Shown here in pieces: positions 30,876 to 41,686 of a stretch of DNA of 64,000 nucleotides. The notes under the pieces were generated by a model that was not told the DNA's origin, searched no databases, and saw only the letters and a program-made list of their open reading frames with translations. Each line of letters begins with the position of its first letter. The stretch's first letter is position 1. The position numbers and the translations under genes are program-made. Origin of the DNA: an uncultured Verrucomicrobiae bacterium. Its GTDB lineage: Bacteria > Verrucomicrobiota > Verrucomicrobiia > Chthoniobacterales > Chthoniobacteraceae. Location of the stretch: the NCBI GenBank assembly GCA_963769025.1, contig CAVYKI010000009.1, positions 512,001 to 576,000 on the forward strand. The letters are read 5' to 3'.

Positions 30876-31489
30876 AGCTGCTCTTCGCGCTGTTCGCGTC
30901 CGTCGTTTGCGCACATGGCGCAAATCCGTATCTCCACCTGCCCGACGATCAGCCGGTCACGCGCGAGTTCGTGGGCGAGGAATGGGACCAGGATCGCATC
31001 GGCATCGACGCCAAGGGCGACGCCGCCAAGCGCGCGCCGCTTTCCGCGACCGTCACCACGCTGCGGCTGGAGACGATGCCGTGGGGTGAAATCTACCGCA
31101 TTACCTTCAAGGTCACGCCCGCAGCCTCGGAGCGGAACATCGGGCCGTATTACCTGCTGGTCACGGATAACGAAATCCTCGTCCTCAACAGCGCCGACAT
31201 GGATCGGGAGATCCGCGTCATCCGGGAGATGAAGAAGCAGCCGCGCTACGAAAAGGGCGACGTCTCTGCGCTGACGAAGGGCACGCTGAAATTCCGCGAG
31301 GGAATGTGGATCACCGAGGTGAAGCCGAAGGGCGACACCTGCCGGCGCGAGAGTTGGCATGATGGATCGGGACACTTCAGCCGCATGGTGTGGAAAAAGG
31401 GTGCGGGCCTCGTGGAGGTCGCGATGGGTTATGGCGCCGAGCGAACCGGCTTCGAACTCAAACTGCGGTTGCCCGGAGCGAAGAAATGA
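30872..31489 (+). CDS. Secreted hypothetical protein
   Basis: Signal peptide; 4-bp overlaps with both neighbours. Confidence 0.7.
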   Translation: MKLLFALFASVVCAHGANPYLHLPDDQPVTREFVGEEWDQDRIGIDAKGDAAKRAPLSATVTTLRLETMPWGEIYRITFKVTPAASERNIGPYYLLVTDNEILVLNSADMDREIRVIREMKKQPRYEKGDVSALTKGTLKFREGMWITEVKPKGDTCRRESWHDGSGHFSRMVWKKGAGLVEVAMGYGAERTGFELKLRLPGAKK

Positions 31490-32325
31490 GCGCCATTAAC
31501 AGCATGGACACTGCAACGGACATCCTCTCCGTGGACGCAAAACGTGAGCACCTGCGCGAAATCCTCCGCGCGAATGCCCCGCTGATCATCGCCTACAGCG
31601 GCGGGGTGGACAGCGCGTTCCTGCTCGGCGAGGCGCGCCGCGAACTCGGCGACCGCGTGCTAGGCGTCATCGCCGACAGCCCGAGCCTCCCGCGTCAGGC
31701 GCTCGCGGAAGCCGTCGCGCTCGCGCGCGCCATCGGTGCGCCGCTGGAGGTCGTGAAGACCCTCGAACTCGACAACCCGGACTACGCCGCGAATCCGCCG
31801 AACCGCTGCTATTTTTGCAAAGCGGAACTTTTCCAGACGCTCGACAAACTCGCGCACGACCGCGGCTATCCCGCCATCGCCTACGGCGAAAATGCCGATG
31901 ACATGAAGCAGGATCGTCCGGGCCGCAAGGCGTCGGAGGAATTCCAGATCATCGCGCCGCTGCGCGACGCCGGGCTCACGAAAGCGGAGATCCGCCAGCT
32001 TTCCCGCGACATCGGCCTGCCGACCGCCGATGCGCCCGCGCAGCCGTGCCTGAGTTCGCGCATCCCGTGGGGCACGCCCGTCACGGTGGATGCGCTCGCG
32101 ATGGTCGAGCGCGCCGAGGAACACATCCGCAGCCTCGGCTTCCGCGTCTTCCGCGTGCGCCACGTCGTGAAGCACGACGCCCCGCCCGCCGCCCTCGTGC
32201 AAATCGCCCCCGCCGAACTCCCGCTCGCCGCCGACATGCAGGAACAAATCGGGCGCGGCATCCGCGCGGCTGGGTACGCCTCCGTGGAAATTGATCCCGG
32301 CGGTTACCGCGGCCCATCGTTGTGA
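31486..32325 (+). CDS. larE: ATP-dependent sacrificial sulfur transferase
   Basis: AYSGGVDS, NRCYFCK, DRPG, PCLSSRIP. Confidence 0.92.
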   Translation: MSAINSMDTATDILSVDAKREHLREILRANAPLIIAYSGGVDSAFLLGEARRELGDRVLGVIADSPSLPRQALAEAVALARAIGAPLEVVKTLELDNPDYAANPPNRCYFCKAELFQTLDKLAHDRGYPAIAYGENADDMKQDRPGRKASEEFQIIAPLRDAGLTKAEIRQLSRDIGLPTADAPAQPCLSSRIPWGTPVTVDALAMVERAEEHIRSLGFRVFRVRHVVKHDAPPAALVQIAPAELPLAADMQEQIGRGIRAAGYASVEIDPGGYRGPSL

Positions 32326-32374
32326 ATCCGGAGCCGGCAAGGCCAGAGCCGGGTGCAGGCGCGATCTTGTTCGC

Positions 32375-33478
32375 ATGAACAAGCAGGAAACGAAATCGAC
32401 GGCCGCAACAGCCGCGAACGATTTGGGATCGCGGAGTCATGTCCGGACTTTGGTGCTGCTTGTGGCGACAGCCCTCGGCATTTACCTCTGCTTCCGGCTG
32501 GCCATGCCTTTCATCGCCGCGATTGCCTGGGCTCTCGCGCTGGCGGTTTTGTTCTCTCCCTTTCAGTCGTGGCTGGAATCGAAATTGAAGCGACCCGGTT
32601 TGGCTGCCTTTGTGACCTCGCTCGTGCTCGCCCTCGGCGTGCTCCTCATCGCGACATTCGTGGGGCAGCGGCTCATCATGGAGTCGGCGAAGGGCGCGGA
32701 GATCATCAAGGTCAAGGTCGAGGCCGGCGAGTGGCGCCGGCTCATCGATGCGCAGCCGCGCCTTGCGCCCGTCGCCGACTGGCTCGTGGGCCAGTGGGAT
32801 CTGCCCGGCAGCGTAAAGACCGTCGCCACATGGCTGACCACGACCGCCGGATCCATCGTCAAGGGCTCCCTTGCAAAGCTCATCGCATTCGGCCTCACCT
32901 TCTACCTGCTCTTCTTTTTCCTCCGCGACCGCCGGGTCGCGCTCCAGTCCTTCCGTTCATTGGTTCCGCTTTCCAAGCCGGAGACGAACCGTCTTTTCGG
33001 CCGGGTCGCCGATACGATCTACGCCATCGTATATGGAACGCTCGCCGTCGCCGCCGTGCAGGGACTTCTGGGCGGACTCATGTTTTGGTGGCTGGGCCTG
33101 CCTGCGCCGCTGATCTGGGGAATCGTCATGGCATTGCTGTCCGTCGTGCCCGTGCTCGGCACATTCGTCGTGTGGATTCCCGCCGCACTTTTTCTCACGC
33201 TCGAGGGCAGTTTTGGAAAAGCGCTCATCCTCGTCCTCTGGGGGATGCTTGTCATCGGGACCATCGATAACCTGCTTCGCCCGTTTCTGGTGGGGAACCG
33301 GCTCAAACTTCATTCCGTCCTCGTCTTCATGTCTGTGGTCGGCGGCTTGCTGGTGTTTGGTCCGTCCGGTCTCATTCTTGGGCCGCTCGCCCTGACTGTA
33401 ACCATTGAACTGCTCGGCATCTGGCGCAACCGGTCGCTCGCTGAGACGGATGGCCAGCCCGCCGCGAGTCAGAGATAG
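32375..33478 (+). CDS. AI-2E family transporter
   Basis: Many TMs, FFFLRD, VPVLG, DNLLRP, GLILGP. Confidence 0.92.
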   Translation: MNKQETKSTAATAANDLGSRSHVRTLVLLVATALGIYLCFRLAMPFIAAIAWALALAVLFSPFQSWLESKLKRPGLAAFVTSLVLALGVLLIATFVGQRLIMESAKGAEIIKVKVEAGEWRRLIDAQPRLAPVADWLVGQWDLPGSVKTVATWLTTTAGSIVKGSLAKLIAFGLTFYLLFFFLRDRRVALQSFRSLVPLSKPETNRLFGRVADTIYAIVYGTLAVAAVQGLLGGLMFWWLGLPAPLIWGIVMALLSVVPVLGTFVVWIPAALFLTLEGSFGKALILVLWGMLVIGTIDNLLRPFLVGNRLKLHSVLVFMSVVGGLLVFGPSGLILGPLALTVTIELLGIWRNRSLAETDGQPAASQR

Positions 33479-33541
33479 TCTGCAGAGGGTCCGTTGTTCG
33501 TTCTTTGGCAGCGCCTGAAGTCCCGCTCGTGCTGAGCGCGG

Positions 33542-35308
33542 CTACGCCTTTTTTCCGCGCTGCGGCTTCGATGCGAGGACGGCTTCGATTTTCCCGAGCG
33601 GAAGCGTGTTCACGACATCGTGCCGCGTGAGCCAGCCCTTGCGGGCGGTGCCGACTCCGAACTTCAAAAACTGAAGCTGCGAAGTGTGGTGCGCGTCGGG
33701 GTTGATGGCGCACTTCACGCCCTTCGACTTCGCGAGCGGCCACCAGCGCCAGTCCATGTCGAGCCGGCGCGGGTTGGCGTTCAACTCGATGATGGTGCCG
33801 GTGTCCGCAGCGGCGGCGATGACGGCCGCCTGGTCCACCGCGTAGCCCTCGCGCATGAGCAGCAGCCGCCCGGTGAGGTGGCCGAGCATGGTCACGTAAC
33901 GGTTGCTGATCGCCTTGATGATGCGCTCCGTCATGTCCGCCTCGGAGAGATTGAAGACGTTGTGCACGCTGACCACGACGTAATCGAGCTGCGCGAGCAC
34001 CTCGTCGTCAAAATCGAGCGTGCCGTCCTTGTGGATGTCCACCTCGCTGCCGGCGAAAATTCGGAAGTCCGGCCCCAGTTCCTTGTTCAGTTCGCGAATC
34101 TCTTTCACTTGGGCGAGCAGCCGCTTCTCGTCGAGGCCGTGCGCCTGAAAGGACGCCTTCGAGTGGTCCGCGATGCCGAGATATTGCAGGCCGAGCTCGA
34201 TGCCGGCGTCGGCCATCTCCCGCAGCGTGCACCGCCCGTCGCTCGCGGTGGTGTGGTTGTGGAAAGTGCCGCGCAGGTTTTCCACGTCGATCAGCTTTGG
34301 CAGCGTGTGCTCCTCGGCGGCCTTGAATTCACCCATGTTCTCGCGCAGTTCCGGTTCGACGTAGTCGAGACCCAGCGCGCGGTAAAGGTCGGCCTCCTCG
34401 CGGATTTCGGGGACCGGTTCCGGCTTCGTCTTCGGCGCATCGATCGGCCCGAGCCGGTATTCATTCAGCGACCATCCGCGGGCGAGCGCGCGCTGGCGCA
34501 TCACGATGTTGTGCTCCTTCGATCCGGTGAAGTAGTTCATCGCAAAGGGAAACTCCGCGTCCTTCACCACGCGCAGGTCGGCCTGAATGCCGCTCTTCCA
34601 GCGCACGGAGGACTTTGTGTCGCCGTGCGCGATGACGCTCTCGACGAATTCGTGCCCGATGAAATCCTCGCTCACGATCTTCGGCTCGCGCGTGGAGACG
34701 AGGAAGTCGAGGTCGCCGCACGTCTCACGCCGCCGCCGGTAGCTGCCGCACGCGGCCACGCGGATCACCTCGGGATGCGAACGCAGGTCGTCGAGCATCC
34801 TCTCGGCATCCGCCGCGATGTCGCCCATGCGGAAGCGCCCAGCGTGCTTCTTCTGATCCTCGATGCCCTTGAGAATGTTCGCCGCGGTCTTCGCGCCGAA
34901 GCCCTTCAGCGCCGCCACGCGGCCGTCGCGGCAGCCCTTTTCGAGTTCTTCCACGGTGGTGATGGAAAGCTCCTTCCACACGGCCTGGATCTTCTTCGGC
35001 CCCATCCCGGAGATTTCGAACATGTCGAAGAGGCCCGGCGGAAACTCGCCCTTGAGCGTCGTGTGGTATTCCAGAGAACCGTTCGTCACGAGTTCGCCGA
35101 TTTTTTCCGCGATGGCCTTTCCAATGCCCTCGATTTCCGCGAATTTGTCCGCCTCAGCCGTCTGCCGCAGGTTCCCGGTGAATGTCTCGATCGCGCGCGC
35201 AGCGTTCTTGTAGGCGCGGATTTTGAAAGGGTTCTCGCCTTTCAGTTCCAGCATCATGGCGATGTCCTCGAGCGTGTCTGCGACTTGGTCTTTGTTGACT
35301 TCCGGCAT
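33542..35308 (-). CDS. polX: DNA polymerase X with PHP exonuclease domain
   Basis: GENPFKIRAY, GSYRR, GDLD, FTGSKEHN, HNHTTASDG, DAH. Confidence 0.95.
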   Translation of the reverse strand: MPEVNKDQVADTLEDIAMMLELKGENPFKIRAYKNAARAIETFTGNLRQTAEADKFAEIEGIGKAIAEKIGELVTNGSLEYHTTLKGEFPPGLFDMFEISGMGPKKIQAVWKELSITTVEELEKGCRDGRVAALKGFGAKTAANILKGIEDQKKHAGRFRMGDIAADAERMLDDLRSHPEVIRVAACGSYRRRRETCGDLDFLVSTREPKIVSEDFIGHEFVESVIAHGDTKSSVRWKSGIQADLRVVKDAEFPFAMNYFTGSKEHNIVMRQRALARGWSLNEYRLGPIDAPKTKPEPVPEIREEADLYRALGLDYVEPELRENMGEFKAAEEHTLPKLIDVENLRGTFHNHTTASDGRCTLREMADAGIELGLQYLGIADHSKASFQAHGLDEKRLLAQVKEIRELNKELGPDFRIFAGSEVDIHKDGTLDFDDEVLAQLDYVVVSVHNVFNLSEADMTERIIKAISNRYVTMLGHLTGRLLLMREGYAVDQAAVIAAAADTGTIIELNANPRRLDMDWRWWPLAKSKGVKCAINPDAHHTSQLQFLKFGVGTARKGWLTRHDVVNTLPLGKIEAVLASKPQRGKKA

Positions 35309-35404
35309 AAGCGGCCACGCTAGGCGCTGCGGCAAAGTGCGGCAAGTGTGCCGCGGCGCAGATGCGGCATTGCGCCGGGCGCTGATGTTCCTTTTGCTCG
35401 TGCG

Positions 35405-38400
35405 ATGAACGTGCTTCCTCCCGCGACTCCGCCCGTCGCTGCCCGGTCTTCGCACTTGCCGTGATCATTGCTGCAATCACGCCCGCGCTGGGCGGATCTC
35501 GATCCGAATGACCCTGCCGCGGAACTCGCGAGCTTCCGTCTGCCCGAGGGATTTGAGGCGAACCTTTTCGCGAGCGAAAAGGACGGCGTCGTGAAGCCGA
35601 TCCAGATCCGGTGGGACGCGCGCGGACGGCTGTGGGTGCTCGGCTCGACGACGTATCCGCAGCTCAAGCCCGGCGAGGAGCCGCGCGACAAGATTGTGAT
35701 CCTGGAGGATTCGAACCACGACGGACGCGCCGACAAGACGACGGTGTTTGCCGAGGGGCTGATGATTCCGACCGGACTCGAACTCGGCGACGGCGGCGCA
35801 TATGTGGGCGAGGGGACGAAGCTGCTTTTTCTCAAGGACACGGACGGCGACGACCGTGCGGATGAAAAGCGCGTGGTGCTGCGCGGCTTCGGCACGGGCG
35901 ACAATCATCAAAACATCAACTCGTTCCGCTGGAGCCCCGGCGGCGAGTTGTTCTTTTCGCAGGGACTTCATGGTTTTGCGCGCGTCGAGACGCCGTACGG
36001 AATCGTCGGCCTCGACGAAGCCGGGCTGTGGCGGCTGCGCCCGCGCGAATTGCGGCTCGATCCATTTTACGGCGGCAGCGCCGACCCGCAGAATCCGTGG
36101 GGCTTTGCCTGGACCGAATGGGGCATGCCGCTGGTCGTCGCGGGCAACAACGGCGGCGTCTCGTTTCCGCTCCCGGAGATGATCCGCGGACGGAAGATCG
36201 GCGCGCGGCAGAACATCTGGGTGAATGCGCGTGGACGAAAATCGAGCGGGCCGGAGATCATCCGCTCGGCACATTTCCCACCGGAATGGCAGGGCGTCCT
36301 GCTGACGGGCGGCTACATCAACAACGCTGTGTGGGCGCTGAAAAACGAGGACGACGGCGCAGGATTCCGGATGACGGATTTGCCGCCTTTCATGACGAGC
36401 ACGCACGGCAGCTTCCGCCCGGTGGACGTGAAGCTCGGGCCCGACGGCGCGATCTATCTTTGCGACTGGTACAATCCGATCATCGGCCACTATCAGGCGA
36501 GCTTCCGGCATCCGGATCGCGACAGGGCACACGGCAGAATCTGGCGCATCACCTACAAGGGCCGGCCGCTCAACACGCCGCCCGTCATCGCAGGCGCGAG
36601 CGTGGCGAGCTTGCTGGAAAATCTGAAGGGCACCGACGAATGGACGCGCTACCAGACGAAACGCGAACTCGGCGAACGGCCGACGCCGGAGGTGATCGCG
36701 GCGTTGGAAAAGTGGACGGCTCCGATGGTAGGACGCGATATCGCGACGGAGCGCGCCCTGTATCTCGCGCTCGGTGTTTACGAATGGCATGAGTCGCCCA
36801 ATCCAGCGCTGCTCGGGCGATTGCTGCAGGCCGCGAAGCCGGACATCCGCGCGTATGCCGCGGGAGTTGTCGCGCGTTGGGCGGATCGGCTTTCGCCCGG
36901 GCCGGATGCGCTCGCGCTGCTGACGCCATTGGTTTCCGACGAGAATCCCCGCGTGCGCCTCGCCGCGGTGGTCGCGCTGGCAAACATCCCGCGCGCGGAA
37001 TCGCTGCCGCTCGCACTGCGCGTGATCGAACGGGGCGCGGATGGCTTCACCGAGCTCGCGCTCCGTCAGGCGGTCCATGCGCTGAAACCGCACTGGCTTC
37101 CTGCATTGCTGGCGGGACGCCTCGGCATCGAGGACAAACCCGCGCTGCTGGCATTTCTCGCAAAGGCGGATGCCACGGAGGACACGCTCGGTGCGCTGCG
37201 TGGGCTTGTGTTCAAGGACCAGGCGCGCCCGCCATTCAGCCTCGCGGCGGAAGTTCCGCTCGCGGCGCAACCGTTGCTCACGGTGCTCGCCTCCGTCGGG
37301 ACGCCCGATGATCTCGCCGGCTTGCTCACCCCGTTTCATTTTGCCGCCGGAGACGGGACGGATGCGGCGCGCGATCAGGCGCTTGGCGACATGCTCGTGG
37401 CGGTTGCCGAGAACGCTTCCTCACGGAAGCTTCGTCCGACAGGCAATCCGGAGGCAGCGGTGCAGCGCCTGTGGGCGTCGGCGGAACCCGGTGCGCGCAA
37501 GGGTGCGGCGTTGCTTGCCGGAGCGCTGAAAATCGAAGCCATGCGTGCACCGCTCATCGAGGCGATCGAAAAAGGTGCGCCGGATCTGCGTCGCGGTTGC
37601 CGTTCGCGGGCTTGCGGATTTGGGCGGACGCGACGTCGCGCCATTGCTCGCGAAACTGGCGGTGCAGGGCGCTCCGTTCAGCGTGCGCGAGGCTGCCGTG
37701 CGCGGCCTATCCCGCACTTCGCTCCCGAAGGCGGCGGAACTCGTGGCGAACGCAATCACGACCGCGCAGGATGGTGATCAAATCCGGGCGCTGGTCACGG
37801 CTGTCTTCGAGAGGAACGGCGGCGTGGATGCGTTCGCCGCGGCGCTGAAGGCGAACCCGCCATCGGCGGAGGTGGCCCGCAAGACGCTCGAAGTCCTCAA
37901 CAACAGCGGACAGGCGCGCCCTCAGGTCGCGGATGTGCTGCGCGGCCTCGCGGGCTTGGATTCGTCCCTGCCTGCCGGAGATCCGGCGTTTGTGCAGGCG
38001 CTGGTCGCCGAGGTGCGGGAGAAGGGTGATGCGAAGCACGGGCGCGAGGTTTACCGCCGCCCGGAACTCGCGTGCATCGGATGTCACCGCATCGGGGACG
38101 AAGGCGGCAACATCGGACCGTCGCTCGATTCGATCGGTTCGGGACAGCCCGTGGATTTCATCATCGGCGCAGTGCTGCAGCCGCAGAAGGAAATCAAGGA
38201 AGGCTACGAAGCCATGGAAGTGACGACGAAGGACGGGCGGGTCATCGCCGGTTACCGCGTGAGCGATGACGGGAATCTCGTCATCCGCGACATCGCGACC
38301 GGCGGACAGACGCGCCTGTCGCGCGAAGAGATCGCAAGTCGCAAACTCACCGGCTCGCTGATGCCCAGCGGCCTCGTGGATCGCCTCAGCCGCGAGGAAC

Positions 38401-38447
38401 TCCGCGACCTGTTCCGCTACCTCTCCGTTCTCGGCAGGGAAAAATAG
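35405..38447 (+). CDS. PVC-type membrane-bound dehydrogenase / CxxCH heme-binding protein, frameshifts near the 5' end and ~37600
   Basis: Beta-propeller motifs (FRPVDV, DWYNPIIGH, GRIWRIT), HEAT-like middle, CIGCH, SLMPSGL. Confidence 0.88.
38356..38447 (+). repeat. Left copy of the 92-bp island-bounding direct repeat (3' end of the CxxCH gene)
   Basis: 67/92 identical by hand count, ungapped, to 49620-49711. Confidence 0.85.
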
Positions 38448-38470
38448 CGGAGCCTCCGGGTGCCCTGGGG

Positions 38471-38525
38471 CGGTCGGACGGTTGGACGGTCTGACGGTCT
38501 GACAGTCCGACCGTCCGACCGTCCA
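38471..38525. repeat. Inverted array of 8-mers (ACGGTCKG/CCGACCGT), possible bidirectional terminator
   Basis: cggtcggacggttggacggtctgacggtctgacagtccgaccgtccgaccgtcc between convergent genes. Confidence 0.6.
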
Positions 38526-38530
38526 CCCCG

Positions 38531-39148
38531 CTACCGCCGCAGCGCCGCGATCAGCTCATCGAGCTTGTTGGCGATGGCCTGCATCTCGGACTGCGTCGGC
38601 GGGTCGCTCACCGTCATGCCGAGCGCTGCGACGCCGTTCGATGCATTCGAGGACTGTGCCATCACGCCATCGATCGCGCCGGCCAGCGCAGCATTAGTCA
38701 CCTCGCCCTGCGGCCCCGGCAGGCCCTGCTCGCCCTGCGCGCCGCGTGGGATGCCAAAGCTGAAGTGCACCGCACTCCCGTCGAAGAACACCGACACCGT
38801 CGCGTTGTCCCCGGGATTCAGCGTCCCCACGCTATCGATCACCGCATTGGCAAATGCCGGACCCTGCGGCCCCGGCTGCCCCTGCACGCCGCCCTCGCCC
38901 TGCGGGATGCCAAAGGTGAACCGCACATCCGTCCCGTCGAAGAACACCGACACCGTCGCCGCGCCACCCGCCGGCACCGTGGTCACCGCCTCCACCACCG
39001 CATTGGCAAACGGCGGCCCCTGCACCCCCGGCGCACCGGGCGGCCCGGCGGGCACGGCGTCGATCAGGTTTTTGAGGCTGATGAGTTGCCCGCGCATCTG
39101 CGCGGCGGAGTTCGGCGAATGGTCGGCGGGGAGGGAGGGGTCGAACAT
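38531..39148 (-). CDS. Collagen-like, fibre-like protein
   Basis: Three short G-X-Y runs separated by two copies of a ~40-aa beta domain; C-terminal amphipathic helix. Confidence 0.8.
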   Translation of the reverse strand: MFDPSLPADHSPNSAAQMRGQLISLKNLIDAVPAGPPGAPGVQGPPFANAVVEAVTTVPAGGAATVSVFFDGTDVRFTFGIPQGEGGVQGQPGPQGPAFANAVIDSVGTLNPGDNATVSVFFDGSAVHFSFGIPRGAQGEQGLPGPQGEVTNAALAGAIDGVMAQSSNASNGVAALGMTVSDPPTQSEMQAIANKLDELIAALRR

Positions 39149-39163
39149 GGGAGTGGGGAGGGT

Positions 39164-39230
39164 GGAATGCGGAGTGCGGAGTGCGGAGTGCGGAGTGCTT
39201 CCAGGCTGTGATGAGTGAATAGTGAATGGT
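39164..39230. repeat. Heptamer repeats (GCGGAGT)n and GTGAAT-type
   Basis: Seen directly; a similar run lies on the opposite strand at ~29655-29681. Confidence 0.7.
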
Positions 39231-39340
39231 GGCGGACGCAGGTCGGTGGCTGCCAGCCACCAGTCAGCACGCGCAGAGCGGGCGTGGGTGCGTGGCGGTC
39301 TGCCAACTCCGCCCTCCGCCCTCCCCACTCCACATTTGTC

Positions 39341-40369
39341 TCACGTCACCACCACGCTCTTGGTGGGACTCGGCGGGGCGTCGCCTCCGTCGTTGTAGGC
39401 GATGACAAAGGCCTCGATGGTCTGCCCCACGGTCAGGCCGGGGACCACTTTCTCCAGGCCGCCCGTGGTCCCGGCGGACGCGGGCTCATCGTCCTCTCCC
39501 ACGCGCTTGAGCATGATGCGCGTGCCCGTCATCCGGGTCGCATAGGGCCATTGCGCCAGCACCTTGCCGCCGCTGAGCGTGGTGAGCGTGAGGTCCTCGA
39601 TCGCCTCGGGGGCCGAGGGGTTGGCGGGGATGTTCAGGCCGAAATCCTCCCAGCGCGGATCGTCCTCGGCCATGAGCGTGCCCAGTTCCACGATGAGCCC
39701 GCGCACCCGCTTGCGCAGCGTCTTCATCGTGGTCACCAGGGTATTCTTCGCCGTCGTCACGCCGGATTCGGCCACATTCAATGCGCCGCGCGCATTGCTC
39801 ACCGCCTCGTGCGCAGTCTGGCAAATCGCGGCGGTCGCGTCGAAGGCATCGCTCTCCGCGGCCGGGGTGGCCTGAAAATAGAGATCCATCGCGCCCAGCA
39901 GGGTAAACCAATCGTCCGAGGTTCGCGGGACGGCGGTGGACCCGTTCGGCCAGCCCGCCGCCTCCCAGTTGGCGTTGAAATCGGGGCCGTAGAGTTTGAC
40001 CATCCGTTGCCGGCAGTTCTTCAGGACAAGCGTGCCCGCCGCGTCCGCCGTATCGAGCAGCCCTTCTTTTTGACCGCGCAGCACCTTCGCGGTACCGAGG
40101 CCCAGCAGGGCGGTCTTGCCCGCGAGCAGGACGGCGCGCATCACGGCTTCGGTCTGTTGTTTGATGCCGAGCGCCACCTCATGGAGGTGACAGCCGTCGG
40201 CGAGGTCTTCGGTCAGGGAGATGAGCACATCATCATCGTCAGGGGTGGGGTTCGTAGCCATGGTTCTTCGGTTGGTTGGTTTTTTCTTCTGCGGAAGCGG
40301 TTGAAAGACGGGCGCCGTCGGGGTGTCCCAATGTCCATCGTCCCACGCCCCTTCATCCCACGCCGCCAT
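39341..40369 (-). CDS. Helical-bundle plus C-terminal FN3-like protein with a Trp-Asp/Lys-rich leader (alternative start 40261)
   Basis: FN3-like QWP...VPGLTVGQTIEAFVIAYNDGGDAPPSP; long amphipathic helices; leader MAAWDEGAWDDGHWD...PQKKKP. Confidence 0.8.
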   Translation of the reverse strand: MAAWDEGAWDDGHWDTPTAPVFQPLPQKKKPTNRRTMATNPTPDDDDVLISLTEDLADGCHLHEVALGIKQQTEAVMRAVLLAGKTALLGLGTAKVLRGQKEGLLDTADAAGTLVLKNCRQRMVKLYGPDFNANWEAAGWPNGSTAVPRTSDDWFTLLGAMDLYFQATPAAESDAFDATAAICQTAHEAVSNARGALNVAESGVTTAKNTLVTTMKTLRKRVRGLIVELGTLMAEDDPRWEDFGLNIPANPSAPEAIEDLTLTTLSGGKVLAQWPYATRMTGTRIMLKRVGEDDEPASAGTTGGLEKVVPGLTVGQTIEAFVIAYNDGGDAPPSPTKSVVVT

Positions 40370-40446
40370 CGCGGTCAGCGGGTGGGAGAGGGCGGACAGA
40401 TCGGAAAGCAGCCGGGATTTGGCGAAAAGCAGGCATTGCCATAGGA

Positions 40447-40923
40447 GAAGGAGCCTCCCAATAATCTGAAACGTCATGTCTTTAAGCCGGGGGAGACTCC
40501 CCCAAATCTGTGACGCCGTGTTTTGAAGCCCAGGGAGACTCCGGCAAGTCTGTGACGCCGTGTTTTGAAACCAAGGGAGACTCCCCCAAGTCTGTGACGC
40601 CGTGTTTTGAAACCGGGGAAGACTCCCCCAAGCCTGTGACACCATGTTTTGGAACCGGGGGAGACTCCCCCAAGTCCGTGCCGCCGTGTTTTGGAACCGG
40701 GGGAGACTCCCCCAAGTCCGTGCCGCCGTGTTTTGAAACCGGGGGAGACTCCCCCAAGTCCGTGCCGCCGTGTTTTGAAATCGGGGGAGACTCCCCCAAG
40801 TCCGTGCCGCCGTGTTTTGAAACCGGGGGAGACTCCCCCAAGTCTGTGGCGCCATGTTTTGAAACCGGGGGAGACTCCCCCAAGTCCGTGACGCCGTGCT
40901 TTGAAAATGGGAAAGTCTCCCCC
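40447..40923. repeat. 42-bp tandem array (~11-12 units), each containing the palindrome GGGGGAG-A-CTCCCCC
   Basis: Unit gggggagactcccccaagtccgtgccgccgtgttttgaaacc at 40489, 40531, 40573, 40615, 40657, 40699, 40741, 40783, 40825, 40867; degenerate copies at 40447 and 40909. Confidence 0.95.
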
Positions 40924-41210
40924 GACTCCCGCCCACAGTGGGCACGGGTCCCGCATCGCTTTTCCAGCTCATACGGACACCAGCAGCGCCCGACGGCACG
41001 CGCCGTCCCTCGCGCCCGAGGAGAGCGGCGAGAAGCCCGTTCAGGATGGAGGGGTTCGCTGCCATGGGCGGCATTCCACCACGGAAATCCCGGCTGTGAA
41101 TGTCCAGACTTCGGGACACCCTGCTGGCCCGCTTTCTGCCCGGCACCTTCCGTGCCCTTCCCGAGGGATCCAATTGCCGGGCCGCCGCGAGGGCAACCGG
41201 GAGGACTGCG

Positions 41211-41501
41211 TCACACCCGGTGTTCCCAGAAGGGCACGTGAAAGGGCTCAACCTGCGCCGCCAGGTCCGCAAAGCGCATCCCCAGCCCGTAGCTGATGCG
41301 CACGCTCGTGTGCAGCCACGGGACCGTCGCGCCGTTCAGCGCATCGAGCAGCGTCTGCCGATTAAACCGCGCGCGCCGGGCCACGATGCTCTTGTTCAGG
41401 TTCCGCTCCTCGATGAGCCCCGGAAGCACCGCGCGCAGGCGCGCGCACCAAAGGTCGCCATAGGCATAGGAAGGATTGAATGGATTGGGAGGTATGTTCA
41501 T
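41211..41501 (-). CDS. XRE/Cro-like helix-turn-helix protein
   Basis: LIEERNLNKSIVARRARFNRQTLLDALNGATVPWLHTSVRISYGLGMRFADL fits the XRE pattern. Confidence 0.7.
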   Translation of the reverse strand: MNIPPNPFNPSYAYGDLWCARLRAVLPGLIEERNLNKSIVARRARFNRQTLLDALNGATVPWLHTSVRISYGLGMRFADLAAQVEPFHVPFWEHRV

Positions 41502-41686
41502 GGGAGTGATACAAGTTCCCGCCCGAATACGCAGTTCACGCGCCCTATTTACGCGCCAAATTCATTATTGTGAAAATAGTCAGCCCGAAGTCCGAGAACG
41601 CCAATCCTTCCGTCCGGCCCGCCCAGACCAGCCGCGTAAAGGCAATGCCCAAGCGGCCACCTGTTGTGAGGGTGAAGCCCTTTTGC

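Noticed and set aside
40447..40923. CRISPR array
   Set aside because: No unique spacers, the whole 42-bp unit repeats, and there are no cas genes
39341..41272. 643-aa ORF as one real protein, and the other ORFs crossing the array
   Set aside because: The repeat unit lacks stops in several frames, so long ORFs arise trivially; the upstream part has no protein-like character
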